Assembly: GCA_965218785.1 (NCBI GenBank)
Contig: OZ244650.1
Span: 1,536,001 to 1,600,000 of the forward strand
Origin: Nitrosopumilus sp.
GTDB lineage: Archaea > Thermoproteota > Nitrososphaeria > Nitrososphaerales > Nitrosopumilaceae
Length of the DNA: 64,000 nucleotides
Reading direction: 5' to 3'
Below, piece after piece: positions 1 through 9,828 of the stretch (position 1 is its first letter; each line of letters opens with the position of its first letter). The notes below the pieces were generated by a model. That model was not told where the DNA came from and made no database searches. It worked only from the letters and a program-made list of their open reading frames with translations. The position numbers and the translations under genes are program-made.

Positions 1-129
1 AGAAACTACGGAGTTGAAGGAACGCCCGGATTCTTCATAGGAAGTGATGAAATAGGATATGTGGAGATAAAAGGAGCCCAGCCATTTGAAAGCTTCAAAA
101 AAATCATTGATGCCCAACTAGACGCATGA
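1..129 (+). CDS. C-terminal fragment of DsbA/thioredoxin-fold protein (truncated by window edge)
   Basis: Frame 1 reads RNYGVEGTPGFFIG...IKGAQPFESFKKIID*, with the G-V-x-G-T-P cis-Pro loop and GAQP motif of DsbA family. Confidence 0.8.
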   Translation, partial: RNYGVEGTPGFFIGSDEIGYVEIKGAQPFESFKKIIDAQLDA

Positions 130-302
130 AAATAAGTGATACATCCTCACATCAGTTTGGATATCTGATCTTCGATTCTCAGCCCCATCTTCGGGCATGA
201 AAATAACAAGCGTTTATTAGACCTAAATCAAGACAGCGAATATCGGAATAATGACGAGTAGGCAATGAGCTTTTTCGTCATTGCTTAAGAGAAAAAAATA
301 AA

Positions 303-1631
303 ATGACAAAGTTTAATGAATTAGGACTAAGTGAGGAGATACTAAAAGGAATTCGTGATCTTGGATATGAAGATACATTTCCAATACAAGAGGCAGTTAT
401 TCCGGTACTACTAACAGGAAGAGACGTGGTCGGACAGGCACACACAGGTTCTGGCAAGACTGCGGCATTTGCATTATCAATGTTGGAAAAGATTCAGCCA
501 AAAAATGGAATTCAGGGGCTTATCATGGCCCCCACAAGAGAACTTGCAATGCAGATTACTGATGAGATAAAGAAATTTGGAAAATATACTAAAATCAGAG
601 TGGCAACCGTTTATGGAGGACAGGGAATGGGACTGCAGTTAGATGCCCTAGATAGAGGAGTGGAAATTGTTGTAGCAACGCCGGGCAGACTAATAGATCA
701 TCTCAAAAGAGGTTCGATAGAGCTTAGAGACATCACACACATTGTTCTAGATGAGGCAGACACAATGTTGGATATGGGATTTGTTGATGATATTTCATTT
801 ATTTTAGATCTGGCACCAGAAGAAAGAGTGATGTCATTGTTTTCAGCAACAATGCCGACTGAAATTCTTAGACTCTCTGAAGAATATCTGAATAATCCAA
901 AACAGTTCCTGCTAGATGCAGATGACCTCAGTGGAGAGGGGATTGATCAGGCATATTTAGTAATTAAAGACAGGGACAAATCCAAGTATCTAATTGATTT
1001 TGTCAAACCAATTAAAGGTCAATGTATTGTATTTTGTTCAACAAAATACAGAACCCGGGATGTGGCAAAATTCCTACATCAAGAGAAATTTAATGCAGTT
1101 GCAATCGAGGGGGACATGTCACAGCATAGAAGGGAACAATCAATGGGAAAATTCAGAAGTGGAAAAGCCGACATTCTTGTCGCAACAGACGTAGCCTCAA
1201 GAGGCATAGATGTTCCACGGGTAGAGTTGGTGATAAACTATGATGTTCCAAATCAGGAATTGGCATATTTCCATAGAATTGGAAGAACGGCCAGAGCAGG
1301 TGCAGAGGGCAAGGCAATTACATTTGTTTCATATTCATCTGTGGGAGACTGGAATATCATTAAACGTCAAATCAAGGTTCCTCTAAAAGACTTGAATCAG
1401 GAAATGGGAATTGAGATTTCAATTCCAGACCCCCTAAAAAGACAAGTCCCATCAAGAAGATACGGTGGGCAGTCAAGATCCAATTACTCCAGAGGAGGAT
1501 CTGGAAGAAACTACAGAGGTGGGGATTCTAGAGGCGGAGATTCCAGAGGTGGGGATTCCAGAGGCGGTGGTAGAAGAAGATTCAACGACAAAGGCGGCAG
1601 AAACAGCTACGGCGGCCGTAGTAAATGGTAA
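303..1631 (+). CDS. DEAD-box ATP-dependent RNA helicase (CshA/DeaD-like) with RGG tail
   Basis: Q motif, AHTGSGKT, PTRELA, TPGR, DEAD, SAT, HRIGRTAR; Arg/Gly-rich C-terminus. Confidence 0.97.
   Translation: MTKFNELGLSEEILKGIRDLGYEDTFPIQEAVIPVLLTGRDVVGQAHTGSGKTAAFALSMLEKIQPKNGIQGLIMAPTRELAMQITDEIKKFGKYTKIRVATVYGGQGMGLQLDALDRGVEIVVATPGRLIDHLKRGSIELRDITHIVLDEADTMLDMGFVDDISFILDLAPEERVMSLFSATMPTEILRLSEEYLNNPKQFLLDADDLSGEGIDQAYLVIKDRDKSKYLIDFVKPIKGQCIVFCSTKYRTRDVAKFLHQEKFNAVAIEGDMSQHRREQSMGKFRSGKADILVATDVASRGIDVPRVELVINYDVPNQELAYFHRIGRTARAGAEGKAITFVSYSSVGDWNIIKRQIKVPLKDLNQEMGIEISIPDPLKRQVPSRRYGGQSRSNYSRGGSGRNYRGGDSRGGDSRGGDSRGGGRRRFNDKGGRNSYGGRSKW
1515..1568 (+). repeat. 15-bp tandem repeat (about 3.6 copies) encoding RGGDS
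   Basis: AGAGGTGGGGATTCT AGAGGCGGAGATTCC AGAGGTGGGGATTCC AGAGGCGGT. Confidence 0.9.
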
Positions 1632-1676
1632 TGACTGTAAAACTTAAAGGCTTGAACGACATAATTAATACAAGTA

Positions 1677-1910
1677 ATGCACAGAGGCTTCATTTTATTA
1701 AATTGTGATCTTGGCGCGGAAGAATACATCGTAGATGAGCTAAAACAGTTAGAGAAAGTCAGTAACGCATATCTTACTTTTGGAGCATATGATGTGATTG
1801 GAGAAATTCAAACAAAGGATCAAGAGGAATTTGAAAAGACAGTCGCAGTGATAAGAAAACTCTCCAGAGTGGTCAGTACGATGACACTAAATGTGATTGG
1901 TCCCAAATAG
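1677..1910 (+). CDS. Stand-alone Lrp/AsnC ligand-binding (RAM) domain protein
   Basis: GFILLNC...FGAYDVIGEI...VVSTMTL pattern, 77 aa, no HTH. Confidence 0.88.
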   Translation: MHRGFILLNCDLGAEEYIVDELKQLEKVSNAYLTFGAYDVIGEIQTKDQEEFEKTVAVIRKLSRVVSTMTLNVIGPK

Positions 1911-2165
1911 TTGTTAGGGATGTTTTTATTATTTTGACCAGGAGGGGTGATTGTGACCCCCATGTGAGGAAATCTTCCCAGAACAGATAGATAGCATCAA
2001 AGCAGTGCACAGGAAAAAAGCAAACAAAAACACCGGATCTTTTCTGTGGCATGTTTGCAGGTTCTGACACACACACACAAGGAATCAATCAGTTTCTTCC
2101 TAATAGAAATAACCAAAATCGCCTCTCGAATAATTGTTATAGGAGTTAATTGGGATCATTTCAAA

Positions 2166-2456
2166 TTGCAGAAAATAGAGTACGAGGGAACAGTATGGGT
2201 GCTAAATTACAACAATCCCCAGCCATTACTAGATCATGCGCTTCACATGCTAGAAAGACACGGAGTCAAACGAGAAGATATGGAGGTAACAGAAATACCA
2301 AAGGTAAAAGTTGGTGCGATAGTAATAGAAATTTGGCCATACGAGCTAGTTGTAGCTAGAGTCAGAACGACTCGTAATGAATCATTTATCAGCGGTACTG
2401 AATTTACAATTGAATTAAAATTAGACGAAAACGGGGATTACATAGATTATCTTTGA
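2166..2456 (+). CDS. Hypothetical protein (start likely TTG 2166 rather than 2046)
   Basis: Protein-like composition from LQKIEYEG; TATA-like TTATA about 25 nt upstream; stop overlaps next start. Confidence 0.65.
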   Translation: MQKIEYEGTVWVLNYNNPQPLLDHALHMLERHGVKREDMEVTEIPKVKVGAIVIEIWPYELVVARVRTTRNESFISGTEFTIELKLDENGDYIDYL

Positions 2457-3142
2457 AAAAAAATAAGATTCAAAACATCGTAATTACCGCAGTTGCCATA
2501 AGTATTATTGGCGCAATTGCATCATACAATTATTCAGTCGAACAAACCAAGCAAAAAGGTCTTCAGTTTGGAATAGAATTAGAAAAGATTCAAGAAGAGA
2601 TCAAAGAATTGCAAACAAAATTCTATTCTGAGAAAACCAGTTGGGAGGAAGGGGATATTTCAAAAGAACAGCTCTTGGAATTTTATCAAGTACATTTGGA
2701 GGAATTTAATGAAACAATTTCCAGATATGACGAGTTAGAACCCCCAGAGTTATTTGAAAGTTCAGTAAGATTGTTAAAGTTTTCATCCCAGACACAGTTG
2801 GAAAGCGACTCAGAGTTCATTGAATGGATGAAGACAGGAGACGAGTCAGCAAAAATAAGATCAGACAGCCAACTTCAAGAGTCTCTGGAATATGAAATGC
2901 AGGGATTAGTTGATTTTTATTCAGCAAAAACAGGTGTAAAAAATTATGACGAGCGGGAAAAGTTTTCTGCCCCACAAAGTGATTTGACACAAAGGGTCAT
3001 CAAAGTATCAGAGGATATGAAAAGCAAGTGTGAGAAGGAATTCAGAAACGAATCAGGGGAGTTTGATTCGGACGAAACAGAAAGGGACTGGTTTAACTGC
3101 ATTAATGAGGCTCAAAAATGGAAGATGGATCATCTTCCATAA
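2453..3142 (+). CDS. Hypothetical membrane-anchored helical protein
   Basis: N-terminal hydrophobic anchor followed by acidic helical/coiled-coil region and a C-terminal Cys pair. Confidence 0.75.
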   Translation: MKKNKIQNIVITAVAISIIGAIASYNYSVEQTKQKGLQFGIELEKIQEEIKELQTKFYSEKTSWEEGDISKEQLLEFYQVHLEEFNETISRYDELEPPELFESSVRLLKFSSQTQLESDSEFIEWMKTGDESAKIRSDSQLQESLEYEMQGLVDFYSAKTGVKNYDEREKFSAPQSDLTQRVIKVSEDMKSKCEKEFRNESGEFDSDETERDWFNCINEAQKWKMDHLP

Positions 3143-3191
3143 TTGCAAATTTTGACATAAACTTCTTTAAAGAATATAACTCAACTCAATT

Positions 3192-3950
3192 ATGGAAAAA
3201 TTTTCTGCCATTGCAGTTATTCTCATTGGATTTGTGCCAATGGCATTTGGAGATGTATTGATACAAAATGATCGACAGTATGTAGGAGATGACGGGGTAT
3301 ACCATGTTGTTGGCGAAATTAAAAACAACTTAAAGGCCCCATTAAATCAAATCAGAATTCAGATAACCATGTTTGATGAAAATCAGAATCCGATTGTAAC
3401 TAAAGAGACCAACTCTCTAGTAAACACAGTCATGCCTGGAATGAAGACCCCGTTTGATCTTGTTTTGACAGATAACGTAGGAAATATTGAATCATATTCA
3501 TTGAAATTAGATTACAAGATCAGTCCTCCAAAAAATCAAGTCATAGACATCACAGAATCAGAATTATCCAGAGATAATCACAGTAATTTGATAATAACTG
3601 GAACTGTCACAAACAAAGGGGACATCACTGCCAACACCGTAGCGATAATTGCAACACTTTATGACAAGAAAGGAGACGTCGCAGCCGTATCCAGGGTTCA
3701 TCCGGAACCGGATTATCTAAGGGTTGGAGATTACGCGTTTTTTTTAGTGGTGATTTCGGACAAAATTCAGACAGCAGGCATTGATGACTATACATTAATT
3801 GCAGAATCAGAGGAATATGCGGCTGTTCCGGAATTTCCAATAGATACAACGCTTGTTTTGCTGGTAGGTACCCTGACTGTATATATCGGAATTACAAAAT
3901 ATTCAGGCAGAATCATAACAAACCTAATCTCTGCAACAAATCCAAAGTAG
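3192..3950 (+). CDS. Secreted FxLYD-type double Ig-like domain protein with VPEF-TM C-terminal sorting signal
   Basis: Signal peptide; VVGEIKN..TMFD and ITGTVTN..TLYD repeats; AVPEF + TM + basic residues. Confidence 0.75.
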   Translation: MEKFSAIAVILIGFVPMAFGDVLIQNDRQYVGDDGVYHVVGEIKNNLKAPLNQIRIQITMFDENQNPIVTKETNSLVNTVMPGMKTPFDLVLTDNVGNIESYSLKLDYKISPPKNQVIDITESELSRDNHSNLIITGTVTNKGDITANTVAIIATLYDKKGDVAAVSRVHPEPDYLRVGDYAFFLVVISDKIQTAGIDDYTLIAESEEYAAVPEFPIDTTLVLLVGTLTVYIGITKYSGRIITNLISATNPK

Positions 3951-4374
3951 GAAAAAGCTCTTCAATTAATTCTGTTTTTTCAAGGGGGGTGGGTTTTGAA
4001 AATTTTACCTGAAAAGTAATTGTCAGCATATCTTGATCAGTGTGAGATATTCTAACAGAGTGGGCGTGATGATCAGTCTGTAACAAGAATCTTTTCCATT
4101 TTTCAATATGTTCTGTTACACGGACGAGGTTTTTTTCTACTTCAGAAATACTGGTATTCAAATCAGTATCAAACAATCTAAATTTGACAAGGGGGATCAT
4201 GACTAGTCCGCCTGGAATTTTATCATGATTTTTCAGCATTAATGAGGTAATTTCTTCACAGTTTTCTTTGGAATGAATATCACCATAATCAGGATCAAAA
4301 TATCCTGCAATCATTTTTTTAGAGTCAAATATACGAAAAAAGTCTTCATCAGATTCTAATTTCCACAATACCAT
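3913..4374 (-). CDS. Hypothetical protein
   Basis: 153-aa ORF filling the gap, ATG start, plausible composition. Confidence 0.65.
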   Translation of the reverse strand: MVLWKLESDEDFFRIFDSKKMIAGYFDPDYGDIHSKENCEEITSLMLKNHDKIPGGLVMIPLVKFRLFDTDLNTSISEVEKNLVRVTEHIEKWKRFLLQTDHHAHSVRISHTDQDMLTITFQVKFSKPTPLEKTELIEELFPTLDLLQRLGLL

Positions 4375-4495
4375 GAAAACAGTTTATGGATAAATAAACT
4401 ATTAATCAGAGGCACACCCAATAAAATCGCCTCACATAGGTACCAGCTGTTTTTAATCAATGACAATTAAATAAACTAGGAAATAGAGAAAAGAT

Positions 4496-4807
4496 ATGGC
4501 AATTTCCAAAGAGAATAAAGACTTTATCGATAGCTTAATCGAGTATTATATTAGCGAATCAGAGTCATACAAACAAATCGCGGCAAACTTTGTGCCAGAA
4601 GTGGAATCTGTTCCAGACACGGCATTTGGGATTATTACCGGATGTGTCTACTCGGGATTTTTACAGGCATACCAGAATCAACAACAAACCCCAAGTTTGG
4701 AGGACGTGGGTGAATTTAACGAGATGATAAAAGAGAGTGCCGCCAGAATCAAAAAATCAATACTAGGGCCTGCCAATATGCAAAAAGAATCAGACAAGTC
4801 CGGATAA
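4496..4807 (+). CDS. Hypothetical protein (small helical, thaumarchaeal type)
   Basis: 103-aa ORF with TAAATAAA about 25 nt upstream. Confidence 0.75.
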   Translation: MAISKENKDFIDSLIEYYISESESYKQIAANFVPEVESVPDTAFGIITGCVYSGFLQAYQNQQQTPSLEDVGEFNEMIKESAARIKKSILGPANMQKESDKSG

Positions 4808-4892
4808 GGCGGTTGAATTTTCTATTAAAATACGCATAGAAATTGTATGAGTACGAGTGATAAATGGGGAATCAGTTACAGTTTAATGGCAT

Positions 4893-5003
4893 TTGCCAGA
4901 AATAACAGACATGGGTGTGGATGGCAGTAAAATCATATTTGTTTTAGGAGTAGCTTCTGCAGTAGTGACTGCCGTAGTTGCATTATATTTCTCAATCAAG
5001 TAA
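4893..5003 (+). CDS. Putative small single-TM membrane protein (36 aa; alternative ATG at 4911)
   Basis: MPEITDMGVDGSKIIFVLGVASAVVTAVVALYFSIK*; one clean hydrophobic helix; below ORF-track cutoff. Confidence 0.5.
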   Translation: MPEITDMGVDGSKIIFVLGVASAVVTAVVALYFSIK

Positions 5004-5036
5004 AAAGATAAATCATCAGGCAGATCTTACAAATCA

Positions 5037-5357
5037 TTGTCAGATGTAAATGAGTTTAAAATTACACAGATTGTAGATAACGGTAAAATAATCCAATTGA
5101 GCCTGATTGAAAATGTTTCAACTGAGCCTATTTCTCAAAAACAGATGATCATAGAAAATGTTGCAAAAAAATTAGATTCTGATACCAAGGAACAGGTAAT
5201 GCCGTTATTAGAGGCGATATTGCAGGCCCAGCCAACTGTAAATATCAAAACGTACCAGCAGACACAAATCACCATAGCAATGCCAAAATCAAGATATGAA
5301 GGCATGGGAAGACCCCTAGTCGGCAGTATAATCGAGATAGATTTGAAAAAAATCTAA
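5037..5357 (+). CDS. Hypothetical protein, possible arcadin-1-like
   Basis: [15 protein letters not shown]...QITIAM...[17 protein letters not shown] recalls arcadin-1 (from memory, unverified). Confidence 0.6.
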   Translation: MSDVNEFKITQIVDNGKIIQLSLIENVSTEPISQKQMIIENVAKKLDSDTKEQVMPLLEAILQAQPTVNIKTYQQTQITIAMPKSRYEGMGRPLVGSIIEIDLKKI

Positions 5358-7381
5358 AGATGCGAGTTTATCTCATCGATGGTGTGTAGTGGTAACGAAC
5401 ACGAAAAGTTCTTGCAGACAAAAACCGTTGTCTTGTCTTCAAAAAGTTTTCCAGCAAAAAAAGGATACCTGGATAGATTTTTCAATTGATTGGAATTTTG
5501 AATTGTAGTCAAAAAGGAATTGGGAAGATAATCTGTCAAAAGGGATTTACAAATCTCAGAGTTTTCTGTGTTGATTACGGTGATTTCCACAGGTTTTTGC
5601 AAATAGATGGAAATGGTATTCAGCAAATAACCAAATCCGAAGGGGTTTTCCGCTGCCATTTGGGCCTGGGACTCTATTATTTTTGTAGTTACTGCAAGAA
5701 AGTTCTGTTCTTGTGACATGTGATATAATCTAAGCAGCACAGAGGCAGAAACAGAGTTTCCAGAAGGCAGGGACAGGTCATAGTTGTTTTTTGGACGGAT
5801 AATTAGTTTTTCATGATCATCGGATGTCATAAAAAAGCTGGCATTCTCAGGATCCCAAAAGTGATCTATCATATAATTTCCCAGTTTCAGGGAGAGTTCG
5901 AGATATTTTGACTCGGGCTCAATCTCAAATACGTCAAGCAACGCATTTACGAAATAAGAATAATCATCAAGATAGCCATCGATTTTCGCAGTTCCGTTTT
6001 TGTAGGTTCGCAATAACTTTCCATCCACAAAAAGATTGTTTTCTATAAAATCAATACAGTTTTTTGCAGCATCAAGATACTTTTTCTCATTTGTTACGCG
6101 ATAACCCTTTGCAAATGCTGTAATCATCAAGGAATTCCATGAGACTAAAATCTTGTCATCCAATCCGGGCGGGATTCTTGTTGAGCGAATCTTTAATAGT
6201 TTTTCAGAGCAGGATTGTAAAACCTCCCTGACCCTCTCTTCTGAAATTCCAAAATTAAAAGCGACTGCAGAGATATTTAGGTTGTTACACAAAATATTGT
6301 CTCCCTCCCAGTTCCCCCCATCAGTAACATCATAGTAAAGACAGAACAGATCAGCATCACTGCCTAGAATTTCCCTGATTTGACTTTTTTTCCAAACATA
6401 GAATTTTCCTTCCACCCCCTCAGAATCGGCATCATATGCAGAATAGAATCCTCCCTCAGGAGACGTCATTTCACGTAAGACAAAATCAAGCGTCTTTTGC
6501 AACACCTCAAGATAAAAGGGATCCTTTGTTATTTGATATGCCTCCACATAATTTACAGGAATCAGTGCGTTGTCATAGAGCATCTTTTCAAAATGTGGAA
6601 CCAGCCATTTTGCATCAGTGGAATATCTATGAAAGCCGCCTCCAATCTGATCAAATATTCCGCCCTTTGCCATCTTATTGAGGGTCTTGAGTGCAAATTC
6701 ATTGAATTTAGAGAGTCCCGAGAGTTTTGCATAACGGAACAAGAAAGAGACATTTGCAGCATTTGGAAATTTTGGTGCAGAGCCAAATCCGCCAAAAGTT
6801 GAATCGCCTAATTGAAACAAATTCATGGCGGCCTCATCAAGAATTGTTCCATCCAATTTTGATAGGGTTCTTGCAGATTCTGTCTTTTGTAAAGTGCTAA
6901 GAAAGTTCTCAGAGGATTTTATGACATCTTTTGGCTTTTCCTTCCATGCCTGTGATAGTTGCCTGCAAATGCTTCCAAAACCAGGACGTCCATAAGAATC
7001 CAGTACAGGAAAATAAGTTCCAACATAGAACGGTTTTTGATCCGGAGTAAGAAAGATACTCAGGGGCCAGCCACCCTGACCAGTTGCAATCTGGCAGACT
7101 TTTTGATAGATGTCATCAATGTCAGGTCTTTCCTCCCTGTCTACTTTGATATTTACAAAATTCTCATTCATAAATTTGGCAACTTCGTCATTCTCAAAGG
7201 ATTCGTGTGCCATAACATGACACCAGTGACAGGCACTGTATCCGATACTTAGGAAAATCGGTTTGTTCTCATCCCTGGCTTTTTTTAATGCCTCATCATT
7301 CCAGGCATACCACTTTACAGGATTATGTGCATGCTGGAGCAGATACGGACTTGTTTCATTAATGAGGTTGTTTTCTGCCAC
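5354..7381 (-). CDS. Thioredoxin-domain protein, YyaL/DUF255 (SSP411) family
   Basis: [41 protein letters not shown]. Confidence 0.95.
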   Translation of the reverse strand: MAENNLINETSPYLLQHAHNPVKWYAWNDEALKKARDENKPIFLSIGYSACHWCHVMAHESFENDEVAKFMNENFVNIKVDREERPDIDDIYQKVCQIATGQGGWPLSIFLTPDQKPFYVGTYFPVLDSYGRPGFGSICRQLSQAWKEKPKDVIKSSENFLSTLQKTESARTLSKLDGTILDEAAMNLFQLGDSTFGGFGSAPKFPNAANVSFLFRYAKLSGLSKFNEFALKTLNKMAKGGIFDQIGGGFHRYSTDAKWLVPHFEKMLYDNALIPVNYVEAYQITKDPFYLEVLQKTLDFVLREMTSPEGGFYSAYDADSEGVEGKFYVWKKSQIREILGSDADLFCLYYDVTDGGNWEGDNILCNNLNISAVAFNFGISEERVREVLQSCSEKLLKIRSTRIPPGLDDKILVSWNSLMITAFAKGYRVTNEKKYLDAAKNCIDFIENNLFVDGKLLRTYKNGTAKIDGYLDDYSYFVNALLDVFEIEPESKYLELSLKLGNYMIDHFWDPENASFFMTSDDHEKLIIRPKNNYDLSLPSGNSVSASVLLRLYHMSQEQNFLAVTTKIIESQAQMAAENPFGFGYLLNTISIYLQKPVEITVINTENSEICKSLLTDYLPNSFLTTIQNSNQLKNLSRYPFFAGKLFEDKTTVFVCKNFSCSLPLHTIDEINSHL

Positions 7382-7422
7382 GATTGATCAGATTCCTTAG
7401 AATATTTGTACTTTTGAACCGA

Positions 7423-7674
7423 TTAGCCCCAGATTCCCCTTCCTTCGGTTAATTCATAGATTCTAACATTGATTTTTCTAAGCAGTTTTACCTTTGATTT
7501 ATGGGCCTTTTTGTCATGATTATAGTCCTTTTTTTCAACTAATTCTTCTAATCTCTTTAGCTGCTCCAAAGATAGATTTTTGAATTCATTTTTGGAGCTT
7601 GAAACAAGTTGTAGTAGTTTTATCCTTTCACGATCCTCACCAGAAATCTTGTCCATGAAATACATGGAAAACAC
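7423..7674 (-). CDS. Hypothetical protein
   Basis: Small basic helical ORF directly upstream of the YyaL gene on the same strand. Confidence 0.65.
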   Translation of the reverse strand: MFSMYFMDKISGEDRERIKLLQLVSSSKNEFKNLSLEQLKRLEELVEKKDYNHDKKAHKSKVKLLRKINVRIYELTEGRGIWG

Positions 7675-7729
7675 TCCCTTATTTTTCTAATGAGCGAATC
7701 TTAAAATTCCGTGGTTAATTTGGGGTATT

Positions 7730-8764
7730 ATGGGAAAAATGCGTGCCATGGTACTTTCTGAATGTGCCGCAATTGAGACAAATCCACTCAGGCTCACAGA
7801 GGTGGACAGGCATGAAATTCAAAGAACTAATGAGATTTTGCTAAAAATTGAAGCATGTGGAGTCTGTCACTCACAGCTGCACGGAATAGAGGGGGACTGG
7901 AAGGATATAGGGATTCCACCTGTTCTCCCTACAATTCCAGGTCATGAAGTGGTCGGAAAGGTAGTTCAGATCGGAGATGATGTTACAAAATTCAAAGTTG
8001 GAGACAGGGCGGGGATTACGCCGCTTTTAGAGGCATGCAAGGATTGTCAGTATTGTAAAGAGGGAAAAGAGTATCTTTGTGAATCATCAATAATTTTAGG
8101 CGAATCCTTCAAAGGAGGATATGCAGAATACGTTACGGTAATAGAAGATTTTGCAACCAAAGTTCCAGAAAGCATGAAGGCCGAATATGCCGCACCGCTA
8201 TTTTGTGCCGGAATTACTGCATACAAGGCAGTCAAGGCCGCAGAGCCAGAACGACATAAAAAAATTGGAATTTTTGGAATCGGCGGGGTAGGTCACATGG
8301 CAGTACAGTTTGCCAAAGTGGAAAACTGTGATGTTATCGCATTTTCCAGAAGCCAGAATCATCTTGACGTAGCAAGAAGACTGGGTGCAATGGATGCAAT
8401 GACTTTTTCTCAAAACCAGGGGGAATTTCTAAACAAGTTAAAGGAAAGACACGGATTGTTAGATGCCGCTATTGTTTTTGCACCGGCAGACATTGTAACT
8501 GATACTGCAATAAAATCAGTAAAAAAAGGAGGTATGATCGTCGTTGCAACCGTTGGAGAAAAGCCGGCATTTATGGCATTTGAAGAGAAAACCATCAGGG
8601 GGACGCTGATTGGTTCAACAAAAGACATGGAACAGGTCATCAAGATTTGCGGTGAGAAAAACATCGAAGTGATTTCTGAGACGTTTCCGTTGGAAAGTGC
8701 AAACATAGTGCTCAAAAAATTAAAGGATTCTGAAATTCAGGCCAGAGGGGTTTTAATCCCGTAA
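7730..8764 (+). CDS. Zinc-dependent alcohol dehydrogenase (MDR, AdhP-like)
   Basis: GVCHS, GHE, structural CxxCxxC...C, GIGGVG Rossmann motif. Confidence 0.93.
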   Translation: MGKMRAMVLSECAAIETNPLRLTEVDRHEIQRTNEILLKIEACGVCHSQLHGIEGDWKDIGIPPVLPTIPGHEVVGKVVQIGDDVTKFKVGDRAGITPLLEACKDCQYCKEGKEYLCESSIILGESFKGGYAEYVTVIEDFATKVPESMKAEYAAPLFCAGITAYKAVKAAEPERHKKIGIFGIGGVGHMAVQFAKVENCDVIAFSRSQNHLDVARRLGAMDAMTFSQNQGEFLNKLKERHGLLDAAIVFAPADIVTDTAIKSVKKGGMIVVATVGEKPAFMAFEEKTIRGTLIGSTKDMEQVIKICGEKNIEVISETFPLESANIVLKKLKDSEIQARGVLIP

Positions 8765-8799
8765 CTTTTGGCCCAAATATCAGGAAGGATGATTTTGCC

Positions 8800-8952
8800 A
8801 TGAATTGTAAAAGATGTCACCATACAGACGAGGCACACGCCCCAAACGAAGACAGCAATTCATTAATCAAGGCGGGAAGGTGTCAGATTCCAACTTGCAC
8901 GTGTGCCCAGTATCTGGATCCAATCCAAGAGATTGATGAGGAATTATTGTAA
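8800..8952 (+). CDS. Small Cys/His-rich putative metal-binding protein (50 aa)
   Basis: MNCKRCHHTDEAH...GRCQIPTCTCAQYLDPIQEIDEELL*; fills the intergenic gap. Confidence 0.7.
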   Translation: MNCKRCHHTDEAHAPNEDSNSLIKAGRCQIPTCTCAQYLDPIQEIDEELL

Positions 8953-8985
8953 CGATTCATATATCAAAATCTTTTCAGAAAAGTC

Positions 8986-9225
8986 ATGGACAAGCACAAA
9001 CCATCAGATGAAATGATAAGGGATCTGGATAATTTGCTATCAAAACTCAATGCCATGGAGATTGTTGCATCAGATGATCAACAAAAAAATTCTGTTAAAG
9101 TTATGAGGGCGTTGGTAGAGGGTCAGATGCATTCCATAAACGAGTTTCAGCACTTGAAAAAAGCAATAGACCTGCTGACTTTGCAACTGTTTGATGTTCA
9201 AAAAGAAGTCAGGAATCAAGTCTAG
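8986..9225 (+). CDS. Hypothetical coiled-coil protein
   Basis: 79-aa ORF with heptad-like Leu/Ile spacing. Confidence 0.7.
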   Translation: MDKHKPSDEMIRDLDNLLSKLNAMEIVASDDQQKNSVKVMRALVEGQMHSINEFQHLKKAIDLLTLQLFDVQKEVRNQV

Positions 9226-9709
9226 TGTCGCTCATTCCGCAACCAGTGCAGCGAAAAAGAGTGGATTTTTCAAGGGTTTTTTCAGGCTTCATCTGGGCGC
9301 CACAGCACGGACAGGAGAGTTTTTTTGAATCCAGACCCGGTTCTTTTGTTTTTCGAACAGCATAATCAGGTTCTACTTTGGGCGTATCAACGGAATTGCA
9401 GGGCGGTCTGTAATGGGTCAGAATCTTATTGAGAGTATTTTTTCTGTGATCGTTACTTGATTCAAACATCGGCAATATTGCCAGATGCAGTGATTTTTCA
9501 GAGCCAGAGTGTTGAACCCAGCATTTGAAGAGACGATGCTGAGCAAAAAAAGACTCGTCGTCGGTTTTTTCACAGTCGCCGGCATAGACAATGTTGAACC
9601 GGTCCTCGTCTCTAGACATGATCAAATACACGAGTTTTTCCATCGGTGGACCCCACTCATCAAGAGGAACAGGTCCAAGAAACTCATATTGAAGAATCTG
9701 GATGCTCAT
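9209..9709 (-). CDS. Hypothetical protein: degenerate GIY-YIG-like domain plus C-terminal zinc ribbon
   Basis: LVYLI...IVYAG...YRPPCN; CPCC...CTGC. Confidence 0.65.
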   Translation of the reverse strand: MSIQILQYEFLGPVPLDEWGPPMEKLVYLIMSRDEDRFNIVYAGDCEKTDDESFFAQHRLFKCWVQHSGSEKSLHLAILPMFESSNDHRKNTLNKILTHYRPPCNSVDTPKVEPDYAVRKTKEPGLDSKKLSCPCCGAQMKPEKTLEKSTLFRCTGCGMSDTRLDS

Positions 9710-9828
9710 GATATTACTTTTTTATACTGACTTTTCTTTTTTTCCCAAAAAATTACCGAATATCACATATTTGATCGCAAAATCGAGTTTGAAAAGATTA
9801 AATTCAAGAGTTGTAGGTTTTTCGTTAA

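Noticed and set aside
165-186. CTGATCTTCGATTCTCAGCCCC resembles a tRNA T-arm
   Set aside because: The stem is imperfect, and no acceptor, D or anticodon arms can be built around it.
1938-2080. GGGGT/ACCCC hairpin followed by GAGGAAA (RNase P-like) and an (AC)n run
   Set aside because: The other conserved RNase P elements are missing and the region is too short; the minus-strand 71-aa ORF has no recognisable features.
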